From an uncultured delta proteobacterium (GTDB lineage: Bacteria; Myxococcota; B64-G9): DNA of 64,000 nucleotides. The stretch spans positions 640,001-704,000 of the forward strand of contig CAVWHX010000004.1 in assembly GCA_963754925.1 (NCBI GenBank), read 5' to 3'. The notes beneath the pieces are model-generated. The model was not told the origin of the DNA, did no database searches, and saw nothing but the letters and a program-made list of their open reading frames with translations. Of the stretch, positions 29,495-40,032 are shown in pieces (position 1 is the first letter of the stretch; each line of letters starts with the position of its first letter). Position numbers and translations under genes: made by a program.

Positions 29495-30142
29495 ATGACC
29501 CTGATCGGAGTTCCCACGAAGCCCCGTATTCTGGTAATAGACGACGAGGAGGTCGTTCGGCTCCTTTTTCAGAGCATGCTCACCGACGAGGGGTATGAGA
29601 CCCTGCTCGCTGAAGACGGCCGTGAAGGCATAACGCTCCTCGATCGCTATGCGCCACCCTTGGTGTTAGTCGATAAAAACCTGCCCGACATTTCGGGACT
29701 TGAGTTGATTGCCAATCAGAAACTGCGCCATCCCAACACCGAGTTCATTATGATCACCGGGTACGCCTCGCTCGATTCAGCGGTAAAAGCCATGGAGGTC
29801 GGGGCGTTTTCCTATCTCACGAAGCCATTTGAAGACATGGAAGTCGTCATGGACCGCGTGCGGGCGGCGCTGGAGGTGAGCAACCTCCGGATTGAGACGG
29901 CTTTGCTGCGGGAACGGATCGAACGCATCTCAGATAGTCACCACGATGCTAATCAGTCGGAGACTATCAATGCAACGGTTTTTGATCAAATGCGCCACAC
30001 CCTCAACTTCCTCGAGTCGTTCCGCGATAAGCGCGATCAACCTCCGCCCCCGCCGATTTGGGCGCGGATGGTTGACATGATCGAGGATGAGTGCCGGCGT
30101 TTGAAAAAAATCTTTGAAGAAACAGGCAATGCTAAAGGATAG
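29495..30142 (+). CDS. Response regulator (receiver domain plus short helical tail)
   Basis: ILVIDDEE, VDKNLPDISGLEL, MITGYAS, YLTKPF. Confidence 0.88.
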   Translation: MTLIGVPTKPRILVIDDEEVVRLLFQSMLTDEGYETLLAEDGREGITLLDRYAPPLVLVDKNLPDISGLELIANQKLRHPNTEFIMITGYASLDSAVKAMEVGAFSYLTKPFEDMEVVMDRVRAALEVSNLRIETALLRERIERISDSHHDANQSETINATVFDQMRHTLNFLESFRDKRDQPPPPPIWARMVDMIEDECRRLKKIFEETGNAKG

Positions 30143-30146
30143 AAAG

Positions 30147-31622
30147 ATGGGGAACTTGATTCTTTCCATTGATCAGGGCACTACCGGTACCACGGTCGCG
30201 CTCTTTGATTCACGCTGCACATTACTCGATAAGTACAAAGCCGAATTCAAGCAGATTTTTCCTCAGCCGGGTTGGGTCGAGCACGACCTCGAGGATATCT
30301 GGGCGTCGGTGCTGGAAGCCATTGCCGCGTGTTTGGAACGCAGCCATAAGCGTGCAGACGACATTCGAGCAATCGGCATTACCAATCAGCGCGAAACCAC
30401 CGCGCTCTGGGACCGAAAAACCGGACAACCACTCCACCACGCCATCGTCTGGCAATGCCGTCGTACGACACCTCTCTGCGAAGAGCTGAAAAGGGCTGGC
30501 CACGAGAAGCTTTTCCGCGAGCGCACCGGCCTGGTGCTCGATCCGTATTTCTCCGGCACTAAAATACGTTGGCTGCTCGATAACGTGAGCGGTCTCCGCT
30601 CGCGAGCGCAAGCGGGCGGGGTCTGCTTTGGCACGGTCGATAGTTTCCTCGTCAGCCGTCTCACGGGTCAGCGGGCGCACGTCACCGACGTTTCGAACGC
30701 CTCGCGCACCCTGCTCTTCAATCTTAACACCCTTGCCTGGGATGCGGACCTGTTAGCGATTCTCGACATCCCGGCTGCCGTGCTGCCAGAAGTTCGATCG
30801 TCATCCGAAGAGTACGGTACAACCCACGGGGTGCCGGGTCTGCCGGACGGCATCCCGATCTGCGGAATGGCCGGCGATCAGCAAGCCGCCCTCTTTGGCC
30901 AAACCTGTTTTGAGCCTGGTCAGACCAAATGCACGTACGGCACCGGCGCTTTCCTATTATTAAACACTGGCGCACAACCAGTCTTCAGCGAGCGCGGCTT
31001 GCTCACCAGTGTGGGCTGGAAACTTGGCAAGACGGTCACCTATGTTTTGGAGGGTAGTATTTTCATCGCCGGCGCAGCCGTCCAGTGGTTGCGCGACGGA
31101 TTACGCATCATTCGCACCTCGTCCGAGATCGCAGCGCTCGCCGCCTCGGTGCCCGGGAGCGACGGTGTTGTGTTTGTCCCAGCCCTGGTAGGATTGGGAG
31201 CCCCCTACTGGAACCCAAACGCGCGGGGCGTCATAACCGGGATCACCCGCGGAACAACCGCCGCTCATATCGCGCGGGCCACGTTGGAAGGTATCGCGTT
31301 CCAAGTTCGTGATGTCGTTGTCACCCTGCAAGAGGAAGCCGGCAGCCAGGTACCATTCTTGCGCGTGGATGGCGGAGCGACCGATAACGTGCTGCTTCAG
31401 TTCCAAGCCGACATCCTTGGCATCGACATTCACCGGCCGAAAGTCGTCGACACCACTGCCTTGGGGGCCGCGTTGTTAGCCGGCTTGGGAGCTGGCATCT
31501 GGCGCAATCTCGATGATATCCGCAAGCTATGGTCACTGGAACGCACCTTTACCCCCCAGCTTCCCGCTGATCAGGTGAAAGCGCATTTAGATCGTTGGCG
31601 AGCGGCGGTGGCGAAGGCGTAA
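30147..31622 (+). CDS. glpK: Glycerol kinase
   Basis: SIDQGTTGT, GWVEHD, GITNQRETT, DPYFSGTK, TDVSNASRT, AGDQQAALFGQ, GLGAPYW, RVDGG. Confidence 0.97.
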   Translation: MGNLILSIDQGTTGTTVALFDSRCTLLDKYKAEFKQIFPQPGWVEHDLEDIWASVLEAIAACLERSHKRADDIRAIGITNQRETTALWDRKTGQPLHHAIVWQCRRTTPLCEELKRAGHEKLFRERTGLVLDPYFSGTKIRWLLDNVSGLRSRAQAGGVCFGTVDSFLVSRLTGQRAHVTDVSNASRTLLFNLNTLAWDADLLAILDIPAAVLPEVRSSSEEYGTTHGVPGLPDGIPICGMAGDQQAALFGQTCFEPGQTKCTYGTGAFLLLNTGAQPVFSERGLLTSVGWKLGKTVTYVLEGSIFIAGAAVQWLRDGLRIIRTSSEIAALAASVPGSDGVVFVPALVGLGAPYWNPNARGVITGITRGTTAAHIARATLEGIAFQVRDVVVTLQEEAGSQVPFLRVDGGATDNVLLQFQADILGIDIHRPKVVDTTALGAALLAGLGAGIWRNLDDIRKLWSLERTFTPQLPADQVKAHLDRWRAAVAKA

Positions 31623-31664
31623 ATTAGAAGCGAATTACAGACACAATATCGTTACTATACGACT

Positions 31665-31812
31665 GCTCAGTCATAGCCGATCGAGGACCCGAGGATGTCC
31701 GAGCCCCCTCGCCAGGATTCAGGGACTCCTCCTCAGCGAAACCTTAAAGTTCGCTGGAGCGGTGGTTGACTGACGGCGAGTTCCGAGGGTCCGAGAGCGG
31801 TTAAAACTGAGC
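31665..31812 (+). ncRNA. Candidate structured non-coding RNA (~150-nt rod-like hairpin), family unassigned
   Basis: Nested pairings GCTCAGT/ACTGAGC, TAGCCG/CGGTTA, GGACCC/GGGTCC, CTCGCC/GGCGAG, TCAG/CTGA and CAGCGAA/TTCGCTG; TACTAT at 31653-31658. Confidence 0.5.
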
Positions 31813-31850
31813 CATTACCTTCATCGATGCGGGGTTGATGCGTTCGACTG

Positions 31851-33254
31851 TTAAGGTTTATCGGCTTTGGTTTTTTTATGCAGATGTTTTTTACGTTTGG
31901 CATAGTTCTCAATGTTTCGCTGGGGCACGCGCGTAATGGCCAGTGCCCGGGAAGGAACATCAGCAGTCACCGTGGTACCGGCTCCGATGTACGCACCTTT
32001 TTTCACGCGCACCGGCGCTACCAACTGCGAGTCGGAACCGATAAATACTTCATCCTCAATGATCGTCGGATACTTGTTGACACCGTCATAGTTGCAGGTG
32101 ATGGTACCGGCGCCGACGTTGACGCCGGAGCCGATGGTGGAGTCGCCAAGGTAGGAAAGGTGATTGGCCTTGGAGCCCTTGCCGATTCGGCTCTTTTTCA
32201 CTTCAACAAAATTGCCTATGTGAACATCGGCCAAAAGTTCCGTCCCGGGCCGCAGTCGAGCGAACGGTCCAACGATGGCCCCGGCGCCGACCTGGCAGTC
32301 CTCCAACACCGAGTAAGCGCGTATTTCAACCCGATCGCCAATCCTGGCGCTGCTGATCACCGCCCCGGGGCCAATTCGGCACCCTTTACCGATACGGACA
32401 ACACCCTGTATCTGGCAACCCGGGAGAATCACGGAGTCCGCCCCCACGCGCACCCGCGGCCCGATATAGGTCCTCTCCGGATCAACGACCGTAACGCCGT
32501 TTCGCATAATACGCTCGACCAGTCGCTGGTTCATGATCGCTTCCAGGCGTGCGAGCTCTCGCCGATCGTTTGCGCCCAGCAAACTCTCCACCTGTTGCAC
32601 CTCAACGCCGCGCACCTCGAGCCCTCGCCGGCGTGCCGTGGCGACCAGGTCGGTGAGGTAATACTCTCCCTGAGCATTGCCCTTGCCCTGGCCCGCCAGG
32701 GTTGAAAAGGCAAACGTTGAATCAACCATATAGATGCCGGCGTTGATTTCTTTGACCGCGCGTTCGTCGGCGGACGCGTCAGCGTTCTCGACGATGCGCA
32801 CCACTCCGCCCTGCTCGTCGCGGATCACCCGTCCATACCGCGCCGGATCTTCCAAGCGGCAGGTCAAAAAGGCTACCGTTGACCGACGGCCGGCGCTCTC
32901 GAGGAAACCAAGTTCACGCGTGGTCAAGAGGGGAACATCGCCATACAGAATGACGAGCTTCTCCCGGTGCTTTTTGATCTTTGAACGGGCGCAGAGCACC
33001 GCGTGACCGGTGCCGCTGGGCGGATCCTGAACGACCGCCTGCACACGAGCGCCAAAACGGCTATCAAGAAAAACGCGCACGGCATCACCGCGTTTACCGA
33101 TAACGACCACCACCGGGTCATAGCCACGTGAAAGAGCCAGCGCAACCGGGTATGAAAGCATCGGCTCGCCGCATAGGGGATGCAAGACCTTCGGTAGCGC
33201 CGAGCGCATCCGTTTACCTTGTCCAGCGGCCAGTATCACACAGGCGGTCTTCAT
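31851..33254 (-). CDS. glmU: Bifunctional UDP-GlcNAc pyrophosphorylase/glucosamine-1-P acetyltransferase
   Basis: ILAAGQGKRMRSALPKVLH, GTGHAV, YGDVP, EYYLTD, GNFVEVK, HLSYLGD, CNYDG. Confidence 0.97.
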   Translation of the reverse strand: MKTACVILAAGQGKRMRSALPKVLHPLCGEPMLSYPVALALSRGYDPVVVVIGKRGDAVRVFLDSRFGARVQAVVQDPPSGTGHAVLCARSKIKKHREKLVILYGDVPLLTTRELGFLESAGRRSTVAFLTCRLEDPARYGRVIRDEQGGVVRIVENADASADERAVKEINAGIYMVDSTFAFSTLAGQGKGNAQGEYYLTDLVATARRRGLEVRGVEVQQVESLLGANDRRELARLEAIMNQRLVERIMRNGVTVVDPERTYIGPRVRVGADSVILPGCQIQGVVRIGKGCRIGPGAVISSARIGDRVEIRAYSVLEDCQVGAGAIVGPFARLRPGTELLADVHIGNFVEVKKSRIGKGSKANHLSYLGDSTIGSGVNVGAGTITCNYDGVNKYPTIIEDEVFIGSDSQLVAPVRVKKGAYIGAGTTVTADVPSRALAITRVPQRNIENYAKRKKHLHKKTKADKP

Positions 33255-33329
33255 CGACACCTCCAGTCACCGTTACGATTATATAGTACCAAGCGAGTGG
33301 CACCACCGATCGACTCGCACGTTGTGAAC

Positions 33330-34112
33330 CTACCGGCCTTGGAACTTGGCGGGGCGTTTTTCCAAGAATGCTTTGATGCCCTCGCGTTTGTCGTCAGTGG
33401 CGCAGCACAGACCAAACAGGTGGGCTTCCAACCGCAGTCCCTCGGCGAGACTGCCCTGTAACCCAAAATGAATGGCTTCCATGGCGTGTCGAACCGCCAG
33501 GGTGCTTTTATTGGCGAGTTTTTCGGCCAGCGCTGTGGCTGTCAGCATCAGCTCTCCAGGAGCGACAACCTTGTTGACCAAACCAATCCGGTAGGCCTCG
33601 TCGGCGGTGATAGCATCGCCGGTGAGCACCAACTCCATGGCCCGGCCCTCACCGACTAAGCGCGCCAATCGCTGGGTGCCGCCATAACCAGGGATGATCC
33701 CGAGATTGATCTCCGGTTGGCCAATTTTGGCTTTACTGGAGGCGATGCGAAGGTGACACGCCATGGCGATCTCGCAGCCGCCACCGAGGGCAAAACCATT
33801 AATCGCTGCAATCACCGGTTTGCCGACGTTTTCGATACGATCGCACACCCCCTGTCCGCGATAGCAGGACTCCGCCCCGGGAATGGCGTCCCAGCCGCTT
33901 AATTCTTCTATATCCGCCCCCGCGATAAAGGCTCTGTCACCCGCACCGGTGAGAATAATGGCTTTGGTAGCGGGATCCCGCGCAAGGTCGCTAAAGGCTT
34001 GCACTAATTCCTGGCGGGTTTTCTCGTTGAGCGCGTTCAGTACCGCGGGCCGATTGACCGTCACCTGCGCCCAGGACTGATTCTTGGACACGATGAGATT
34101 CTCGAATTCCAT
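33330..34112 (-). CDS. Enoyl-CoA hydratase (crotonase)
   Basis: NRPAVLNALN, AFIAGADI, NGFALGGGCE, GQPEINLGIIPGYGGTQRL. Confidence 0.93.
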   Translation of the reverse strand: MEFENLIVSKNQSWAQVTVNRPAVLNALNEKTRQELVQAFSDLARDPATKAIILTGAGDRAFIAGADIEELSGWDAIPGAESCYRGQGVCDRIENVGKPVIAAINGFALGGGCEIAMACHLRIASSKAKIGQPEINLGIIPGYGGTQRLARLVGEGRAMELVLTGDAITADEAYRIGLVNKVVAPGELMLTATALAEKLANKSTLAVRHAMEAIHFGLQGSLAEGLRLEAHLFGLCCATDDKREGIKAFLEKRPAKFQGR

Positions 34113-34166
34113 ACGTAGGCTCCTGTGGGTGGGCTCCGAACACTGCCCATCCTCGGTGAATGGCTA

Positions 34167-34883
34167 TCACTTGCTCTCGGAAAGAGAGCCGCTCAGACGT
34201 TTATAGCCGGTCGGAACAGAAAACAAGCTTTGGTCAGTCGGCCCCACGTTAATCTTGGTCACCCGTGTACGTGAGGTGACATGCTGACGATTGACTACCT
34301 GTTCAGTTTTAACCTGAACGGGATAGCCATCGATTGCACTTGCATATTCCGTCAGGCGTCCCAGCATCTTTTCGATCCCAATTCTTTTCATCAAATCCAG
34401 GTACGCCTTGAAATCCATGTTGACATCTTTCGTCACCCACAGCTCACTCTTGACCGAGAGCTCCCCGCCTTGCTCAAATATTATTTTTCGGCAGCGCCAA
34501 TCGCCGATCTTTTTCACTTCATCAGTTTTGATCAGTTTGGGCTGAGACGTTTCATCAGTCAGACCAGCCGAAGCTATCTGCATTGCCACGATCCGACGAT
34601 AATCATCTATGTTAACCTCAAGATATTGTTTCTCCTCGGTCGGCATGAGGTAGATCCGATCGGCTTTGACATCGAAAATGGCTATTGATGATTGCTTCCC
34701 GCTCGTGGTTTCAAAGCGCAGCATGTTATCGGTATACCAAATGCGCTGGATAGTTTTGTTCTCCGGCTGACCACCCAAGGTCTGAACGACTTCTTGCTCG
34801 ATATAGGTGACGTTTTCAATCGCAGAAGCGATCGGGTGTAACCACAAAAACCCTGCGATTACCACAAAAGTGCGTGCGATCAT
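34167..34883 (-). CDS. Secreted DUF4412-like protein
   Basis: Signal peptide; KTDEVKKIGDWRCRK, ELWVTKD, GYPVQ, SLFSVPTGYK. Confidence 0.7.
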   Translation of the reverse strand: MIARTFVVIAGFLWLHPIASAIENVTYIEQEVVQTLGGQPENKTIQRIWYTDNMLRFETTSGKQSSIAIFDVKADRIYLMPTEEKQYLEVNIDDYRRIVAMQIASAGLTDETSQPKLIKTDEVKKIGDWRCRKIIFEQGGELSVKSELWVTKDVNMDFKAYLDLMKRIGIEKMLGRLTEYASAIDGYPVQVKTEQVVNRQHVTSRTRVTKINVGPTDQSLFSVPTGYKRLSGSLSESK

Positions 34884-35007
34884 GAAGCCTCCTTCACGAG
34901 AGCTCTCGCTCTGCAATGGTATACCGTACCGATAGGCAGGATTCAAGCAAGGGAAGTTGATCTGAACGAATTAGCCATATAGGATATTTTTTCAGAGGAG
35001 GTAGCCG

Positions 35008-36057
35008 ATGCTCTCACCGGTATACTGGAAAGAAGATGGCATCTGTTTGATCGATCAGAACAAACTGCCGCACGAAGAGAAGTGGCTCATCATCCGGACG
35101 GTCGACGAGCTCGCCAAAGCGATTCGCAGCTTGACCGTTCGAGGTGCGCCGGCCATCGGCATCGCCGCCGCTTTTGGCTGCGCCTTGGCTGCAAAAACAT
35201 GTTCAGGAGATGATCCTGAGAAAATCGTCAGCGAAATTCGGACCGCTGCCGATTTTCTGAGCCAAACCCGCCCGACCGCAGTCAACCTTTTTTGGGCGCT
35301 GAACCGAATCCGTAACCGCTCGGAACAACTTCTTACGGAAGGTGCACCGGCGGAGATCCTTCGCGCCGGGATTCTGGCAGAAGCCGAAGCGATTCGCGCC
35401 GAGGATATCGCTGCCTGCCGGCAGATTGGCAACAACGGCGCCCGGCTGCTACCCGATCGCGTCACGGTATTGACGCACTGCAACACCGGGTCGTTAGCCA
35501 CCGGCGGCTATGGAACCGCGCTGGGAGTTGTCCGCGCGGCGCATGACCTGGGGAAGGACGTCCATGTCTACGCCGATGAAACCCGTCCCCTGCTCCAGGG
35601 TGCCCGTCTGACCGTATGGGAACTGATGCGCGATGGCATCGACGTGACCCTCATTTGCGACAACATGTCTGGCGCGCTCATGCGTCAGGGCCGCATTGAC
35701 GCCTGTCTCGTGGGAGCCGACCGAATCGCCAGAAACGGCGACACCGCGAACAAGATCGGCACCTATACGATAGCGGTACTGGCCCGCCGGCATGGGATTC
35801 CCTTTTACGTGGCGGCGCCGTTTTCTACCGTAGATCTTGCATGCGCTTCCGGCGACGAGATTGAAATTGAACAACGCGACCCGACCGAAGTGACCTCCCC
35901 GGCTGGGGTGGCTGTTGCTCCAGCCGGAACCGCGGTTTGGAACCCAGCCTTCGATATTACTCCCGGTACACTCATTACCGCGATAATCACCGAGCGTGGC
36001 GTGGCACAACAGCCTGATCTTGCTCAGGGTCTACAACGTCTGGCAGAAACAACGTAG
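35008..36057 (+). CDS. mtnA: Methylthioribose-1-phosphate isomerase
   Basis: VRGAPAIG, TRPTAVNLFWAL, LTHCNTGSLATGGYGTALG, DETRPLLQGARLT, NKIGTY, NPAFDITP. Confidence 0.96.
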   Translation: MLSPVYWKEDGICLIDQNKLPHEEKWLIIRTVDELAKAIRSLTVRGAPAIGIAAAFGCALAAKTCSGDDPEKIVSEIRTAADFLSQTRPTAVNLFWALNRIRNRSEQLLTEGAPAEILRAGILAEAEAIRAEDIAACRQIGNNGARLLPDRVTVLTHCNTGSLATGGYGTALGVVRAAHDLGKDVHVYADETRPLLQGARLTVWELMRDGIDVTLICDNMSGALMRQGRIDACLVGADRIARNGDTANKIGTYTIAVLARRHGIPFYVAAPFSTVDLACASGDEIEIEQRDPTEVTSPAGVAVAPAGTAVWNPAFDITPGTLITAIITERGVAQQPDLAQGLQRLAETT

Positions 36058-36184
36058 CTGTTACCATTGAAACCAAGGATGACGAGCCTGAAAAATCTTG
36101 ACATCAATAGAGAAACCCCGTAGTTAATGGCGCCCGTCCCGGATGAATACCCAGAACGGGTTGAAATCGTAAGGAGTCTTATCC

Positions 36185-36499
36185 ATGTATGCGGTATTAA
36201 CGACTGGTGGAAAGCAGTACCGGGTCGAGCAGGGTGACCGGTTGAAAATCGAAAAAATATCCGGCGTCGTGGGTGATGAAGTGAGTTTCAATGACATTTT
36301 GATGATAGGCGGCACCGACAACATTAAGATCGGCTGCCCTCACGTGAAGGGCGTCGTGGTCAGAGGTCGCATCCTCGAACAGGATCGTTCGAAAAAGGTA
36401 ATCGTATACAAGGTCAGACGACGTAAGAAATTTCGCAAGACCCAAGGCCACCGCCAGGCTTTTAGCCGGGTTGAGATCACCGCTATTGAAGGCGCGTAA
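36185..36499 (+). CDS. rplU: 50S ribosomal protein L21
   Basis: [14 protein letters not shown]...GHRQ. Confidence 0.98.
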   Translation: MYAVLTTGGKQYRVEQGDRLKIEKISGVVGDEVSFNDILMIGGTDNIKIGCPHVKGVVVRGRILEQDRSKKVIVYKVRRRKKFRKTQGHRQAFSRVEITAIEGA

Positions 36500-36510
36500 G
36501 GAGATCGTCT

Positions 36511-36771
36511 ATGGCGCATAAAAAAGCTGCGGGCTCTGCTCGCAACGGACGCGATAGCCAAGGCCAGCGACGGGGGGTTAAGATTTATAGCGGACAGCCG
36601 GTGAAAGCCGGTAATATTCTTGTTCGCCAAGTCGGCAGCAAGATCTACCCGGGAACCAATGTCCGCATGGGCCGTGATTTCACCCTGTTTGCGCTGAAGG
36701 ACGGTGTCGTTCAGTATGGGCGTAAAGGGCGCTTCCGCCAGCAGGCCTGGGTGGTCCCCGCGAATAAGTGA
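36511..36771 (+). CDS. rpmA: 50S ribosomal protein L27
   Basis: [16 protein letters not shown]...GNILVRQ...GRDFTLFAL. Confidence 0.98.
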   Translation: MAHKKAAGSARNGRDSQGQRRGVKIYSGQPVKAGNILVRQVGSKIYPGTNVRMGRDFTLFALKDGVVQYGRKGRFRQQAWVVPANK

Positions 36772-36814
36772 TTCGGATGCCCTAACTATACACTGCATTA
36801 GCAATTTTGATCGG

Positions 36815-36843
36815 GCCACGGTATATGTTCACCGTGGCTTTTT
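36815..36843 (+). terminator. Intrinsic terminator between rpmA and obgE
   Basis: GCCACGGT-atatgttc-ACCGTGGC followed by TTTTT. Confidence 0.75.
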
Positions 36844-36882
36844 AATATATACCTGAGACACGTTATTACTGGGTAAATCCAA

Positions 36883-37896
36883 ATGAAGTTTGTGGATGAG
36901 GTTGTGGTCGAGGTGCAAGCCGGCAAGGGCGGCGACGGGTGCGTCTCGTTTCGTCGTGAGAAGTACATTCCCCGGGGCGGACCGGACGGTGGCGATGGCG
37001 GGCGCGGCGGCAATGTGATCGTACGCGCCGATGGCTCAGTCTGCACCTTGATGGATCACCGCTATATTAGGCATTATCGCGCGTCCCCGGGCGAGCCGGG
37101 CCGCGGGAGCGACCAGTTTGGTAAAGCCGGAAACAACTTAGTCGTGCGAGTTCCCGTTGGCACTCTGGTATTCAATGCCGAAACTAATGTCCTGCTCGTC
37201 GATCTTTCCTGCGATGGCGCCGAGCAGGTAGCCGCCCATGGGGGAAAAGGCGGCCATGGCAATTTGCACTTCAAGAGCGCCACCAATCAAGCGCCGCGAA
37301 AAGCCGAACTCGGCCAACCCGGTGACAAGATGAGTTTGCGGCTCGAGCTTAAACTGTTGGCAGACGTTGGTGTAATTGGTTTGCCGAATGCCGGAAAGTC
37401 AACGTTGGTATCACGCATCTCTCGCGCGCATCCGAAGATTGCCGATTACCCGTTCACCACCCTGGTTCCGACCCTGGGAGTGGTCGCACGGGGCGAGGGG
37501 GAAAGTTTTGTCATCGCCGACGTGCCGGGGCTGATCGAAGGCGCTCACCAGGGAGTAGGGTTGGGTGACCGTTTCCTGCGTCACATCGAGCGCTGCAAGC
37601 TGCTGCTGCACCTCATCACATGGTTCGCCGGCGAACCAGCCGAACCCGTGCAGCTGGTCAACCATCTTGACGTACTCGAACGGGAACTGGCTCTGTATAA
37701 TCCGCAGCTATCACAGAAGCCGCGCCTGATTGCTATTTCCAAAATCGATTTGACCGAGGTGCGCGCCCTGATTGAACCAGTCAGGGCGCTGCTTTCAAGC
37801 CGCTCTATTCCTGTTTTGGCATTTTCGGCCGTCACCGGTGAAGGATTGCCCGAACTCACGCGCGCGCTATTCAACCAGGTCCGTGATGCACGGTAG
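36883..37896 (+). CDS. obgE: GTPase Obg/CgtA
   Basis: MKFVDE, FRREKYIPRGGPDGGDGG, GLPNAGKST, DYPFTTL, DVPGLIEGA. Confidence 0.98.
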   Translation: MKFVDEVVVEVQAGKGGDGCVSFRREKYIPRGGPDGGDGGRGGNVIVRADGSVCTLMDHRYIRHYRASPGEPGRGSDQFGKAGNNLVVRVPVGTLVFNAETNVLLVDLSCDGAEQVAAHGGKGGHGNLHFKSATNQAPRKAELGQPGDKMSLRLELKLLADVGVIGLPNAGKSTLVSRISRAHPKIADYPFTTLVPTLGVVARGEGESFVIADVPGLIEGAHQGVGLGDRFLRHIERCKLLLHLITWFAGEPAEPVQLVNHLDVLERELALYNPQLSQKPRLIAISKIDLTEVRALIEPVRALLSSRSIPVLAFSAVTGEGLPELTRALFNQVRDAR

Positions 37897-37920
37897 AGTG
37901 CACCAATGTACCATACAAGA

Positions 37921-38040
37921 ACAAGCGACAGAACGAAGCAGACCGAGGAGTGACGAAGCTGAGGAGTGAAGCGTACTAAACGTACGCTGCAACGACGAAG
38001 CGAGGAAGCGACAAGGGTATGCGAAGTTATGTCGCTTTGT
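37921..38040. repeat. ~120-bp MITE-like imperfect palindrome between convergent genes
   Basis: Terminal inverted repeat ACAAGCGACAGAAC / GTTATGTCGCTTTGT, central hairpin AGCGTAC-taaac-GTACGCT, and repeated GAAGC motifs. Confidence 0.6.
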
Positions 38041-38657
38041 TACCAGATGCTCTCGGGGACATAGACGATATCACCCGGTTCGAGGAAGAAGTTTTTCGCT
38101 TTGCCTTCGGCAATGGCTTCGACCGGAATAAAAAACTTCTTTTCCTCGTTATCAACCATGCGGGTGACATTGATCTCGTTCTTCGAGGCGATATTGGTAA
38201 ACCCGCCGGCCATACTGACTGCTTGGATTACCGTCATACGGTCTTCGTAATTAAACGTACCCGGTTTGGTGACCTGGCCAAACACCGAAACCTTCTTGGA
38301 GTTGTACTCCTTGACAAAAATACTCACCTGCGGATTTTTGAGGAAGCGCTCGGCGAGTTTCTGCTGAATAATATCGGCTACGTCAGAGCTGGTCAACCCC
38401 TCAAGCTGAATTCTTCCCACCAACGGAAAGTTGATACTGCCCGATGAAGACACGCGGTAGATACCGCTCAGTTCCTGCTCGTCGTAGATTTTGACCTCAA
38501 ACACATCTCCGGGCCCCAGGGTGGAAGCCGGCACAAACTTATTAGGCACCACTTCCGGGGTGCGTGGTGTGTTCTTCAACCAGCAGGCCGGTACGGTAAC
38601 CATCAAAATTATGATCGCGAACCATCTCACGATCCTTGCACCTCTTTCGTGCTCCAT
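38040..38657 (-). CDS. Short OPX/Wza-family polysaccharide export lipoprotein
   Basis: Lipobox-like VPAC; LGPGDVFEV...INFPLVGRI (Poly_export); VSVFGQVTKPG...QAVSMAGG (SLBB); ends GDIVYVPESIW with no C-terminal helix. Confidence 0.9.
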   Translation of the reverse strand: MEHERGARIVRWFAIIILMVTVPACWLKNTPRTPEVVPNKFVPASTLGPGDVFEVKIYDEQELSGIYRVSSSGSINFPLVGRIQLEGLTSSDVADIIQQKLAERFLKNPQVSIFVKEYNSKKVSVFGQVTKPGTFNYEDRMTVIQAVSMAGGFTNIASKNEINVTRMVDNEEKKFFIPVEAIAEGKAKNFFLEPGDIVYVPESIW

Positions 38658-38672
38658 ATACCTAACCAGGGG

Positions 38673-39914
38673 TTAATAGTCCAACTTGACGAAGATACTG
38701 ATGATGTGTTTGTTGTATTCCACGCCGGTGTTTGGCGAAATTGGTTGTTTGTAATCCGAGAAGAGCTGCTGGAAGTCATAGCGAAGTCCCACGTTGAGCC
38801 AATCCAGTATGCTATAGTCGAGTATAAGATTTCCGGAAAGAAAGTTATCATAGCGGTTCTTGTTTTGCACAAGATCTTTGCCATAATTAAGAGATCAAAT
38901 CCGACGTTAGCCTCGATCGAAAACTTGCCCGCAATCTGCTGGAGGAATTTCACATAGAAGCGATCCTGCCCAAAATAAGCAAAAAACATCACCGGCTGGA
39001 AGTTGCGAAGATAGCCTCCCTGGATAAAAGTCGTCCCACTGCGAAATTCGAGTTCAGCCTGGCCGATTGCAGAGCTAAAGTTCGAACCGGCGTAATTTGT
39101 CGGTTTGCTGAACAACGTATTGCCGTAACCAGCCTTTACCGTCAAGGCGAGCAGCGAGGTGATTTGGCCTCGCAGACCCACGGTCGCCCGGATGCCATTG
39201 ATATCGATGTTCCGAATATTCTGACCATTAAATTGTGTTGGGTACACATCGAAGTAACGGCGCAGATCCGCGTCGGCGTCCACAATCAAGGCTGTTTTCG
39301 GCAAAAATTTCCATTTACCCGAAAAGTAAATTCGATGGGCATAGCTCGACAATTCTCGGTAATCGTCAAAATAGTCGATGAAGAAACCATAGGCCAGATC
39401 GAACGTCAACGCCTGGCTGCCTGGTTTTATCTGCAGGTGAGCCTTAATTTCATCGTCGGTCCGGTTAAATTTTCCGGTTAGCGAGGTGTATCGAGGATCG
39501 CCACTTCTGCTCAACACATCTTCAATGAAAAAACTGATCTGACCTTTTGGGTTAAACCCAAAATTGAGATTGGCGTCCGCGACAACTGAGCTTAAACTTT
39601 CTGGTATCTGGATTGCTGATGCCAAAGTACCAATCGTACCCAACTCTTCCGGCTATATCGACCGCGAAAATCTCCGACGGGTATTCTATCGTGATACCGG
39701 GACGAATGCGCAGAAACATATCTCCGACAGCGCCATTAGTAAAGTAACCAGGATTGGTGTCGTATGCCAGATCCAGATCGAGCGAGGGATGCAAACGTCC
39801 ATCACCGGCAACAATTCCTTCGCCACGCGCCGAAGCATATTTTTCCCCGACAATCATCAGGGGAATAATCAACAGGCACGAAGTGACTACAGATCGACAG
39901 GCTGAAGCATTCAT
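38673..39914 (-). CDS. Outer-membrane beta-barrel partner of the OPX protein (apparent frameshifts near 39592 and 38885)
   Basis: Signal peptide; RLHPSLDLDLAYDTN, LRIRPGI, KWKFLPKTAL; amphipathic strands; C-terminal YNKHIISIFVKLDY. Three ORF pieces join with single-base corrections. Confidence 0.72.
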
Positions 39915-40032
39915 CGGTAATTGGATCCTACTGCGCCCTGGACCCGCGATCTCGGACCCCAGCGTTCGGAGAAAAAGTTAGAACAACTACTAAAACCCCG
40001 CTCCTTTTTGAAACATTATCCACATATCCTCT

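Noticed and set aside
31665..31812. Naming the rod-like RNA as SRP RNA, tRNA or a firm 6S RNA
   Set aside because: No SRP domain IV motif, no cloverleaf, and the large loop is one-sided rather than a clear 6S central bubble. Left unassigned.
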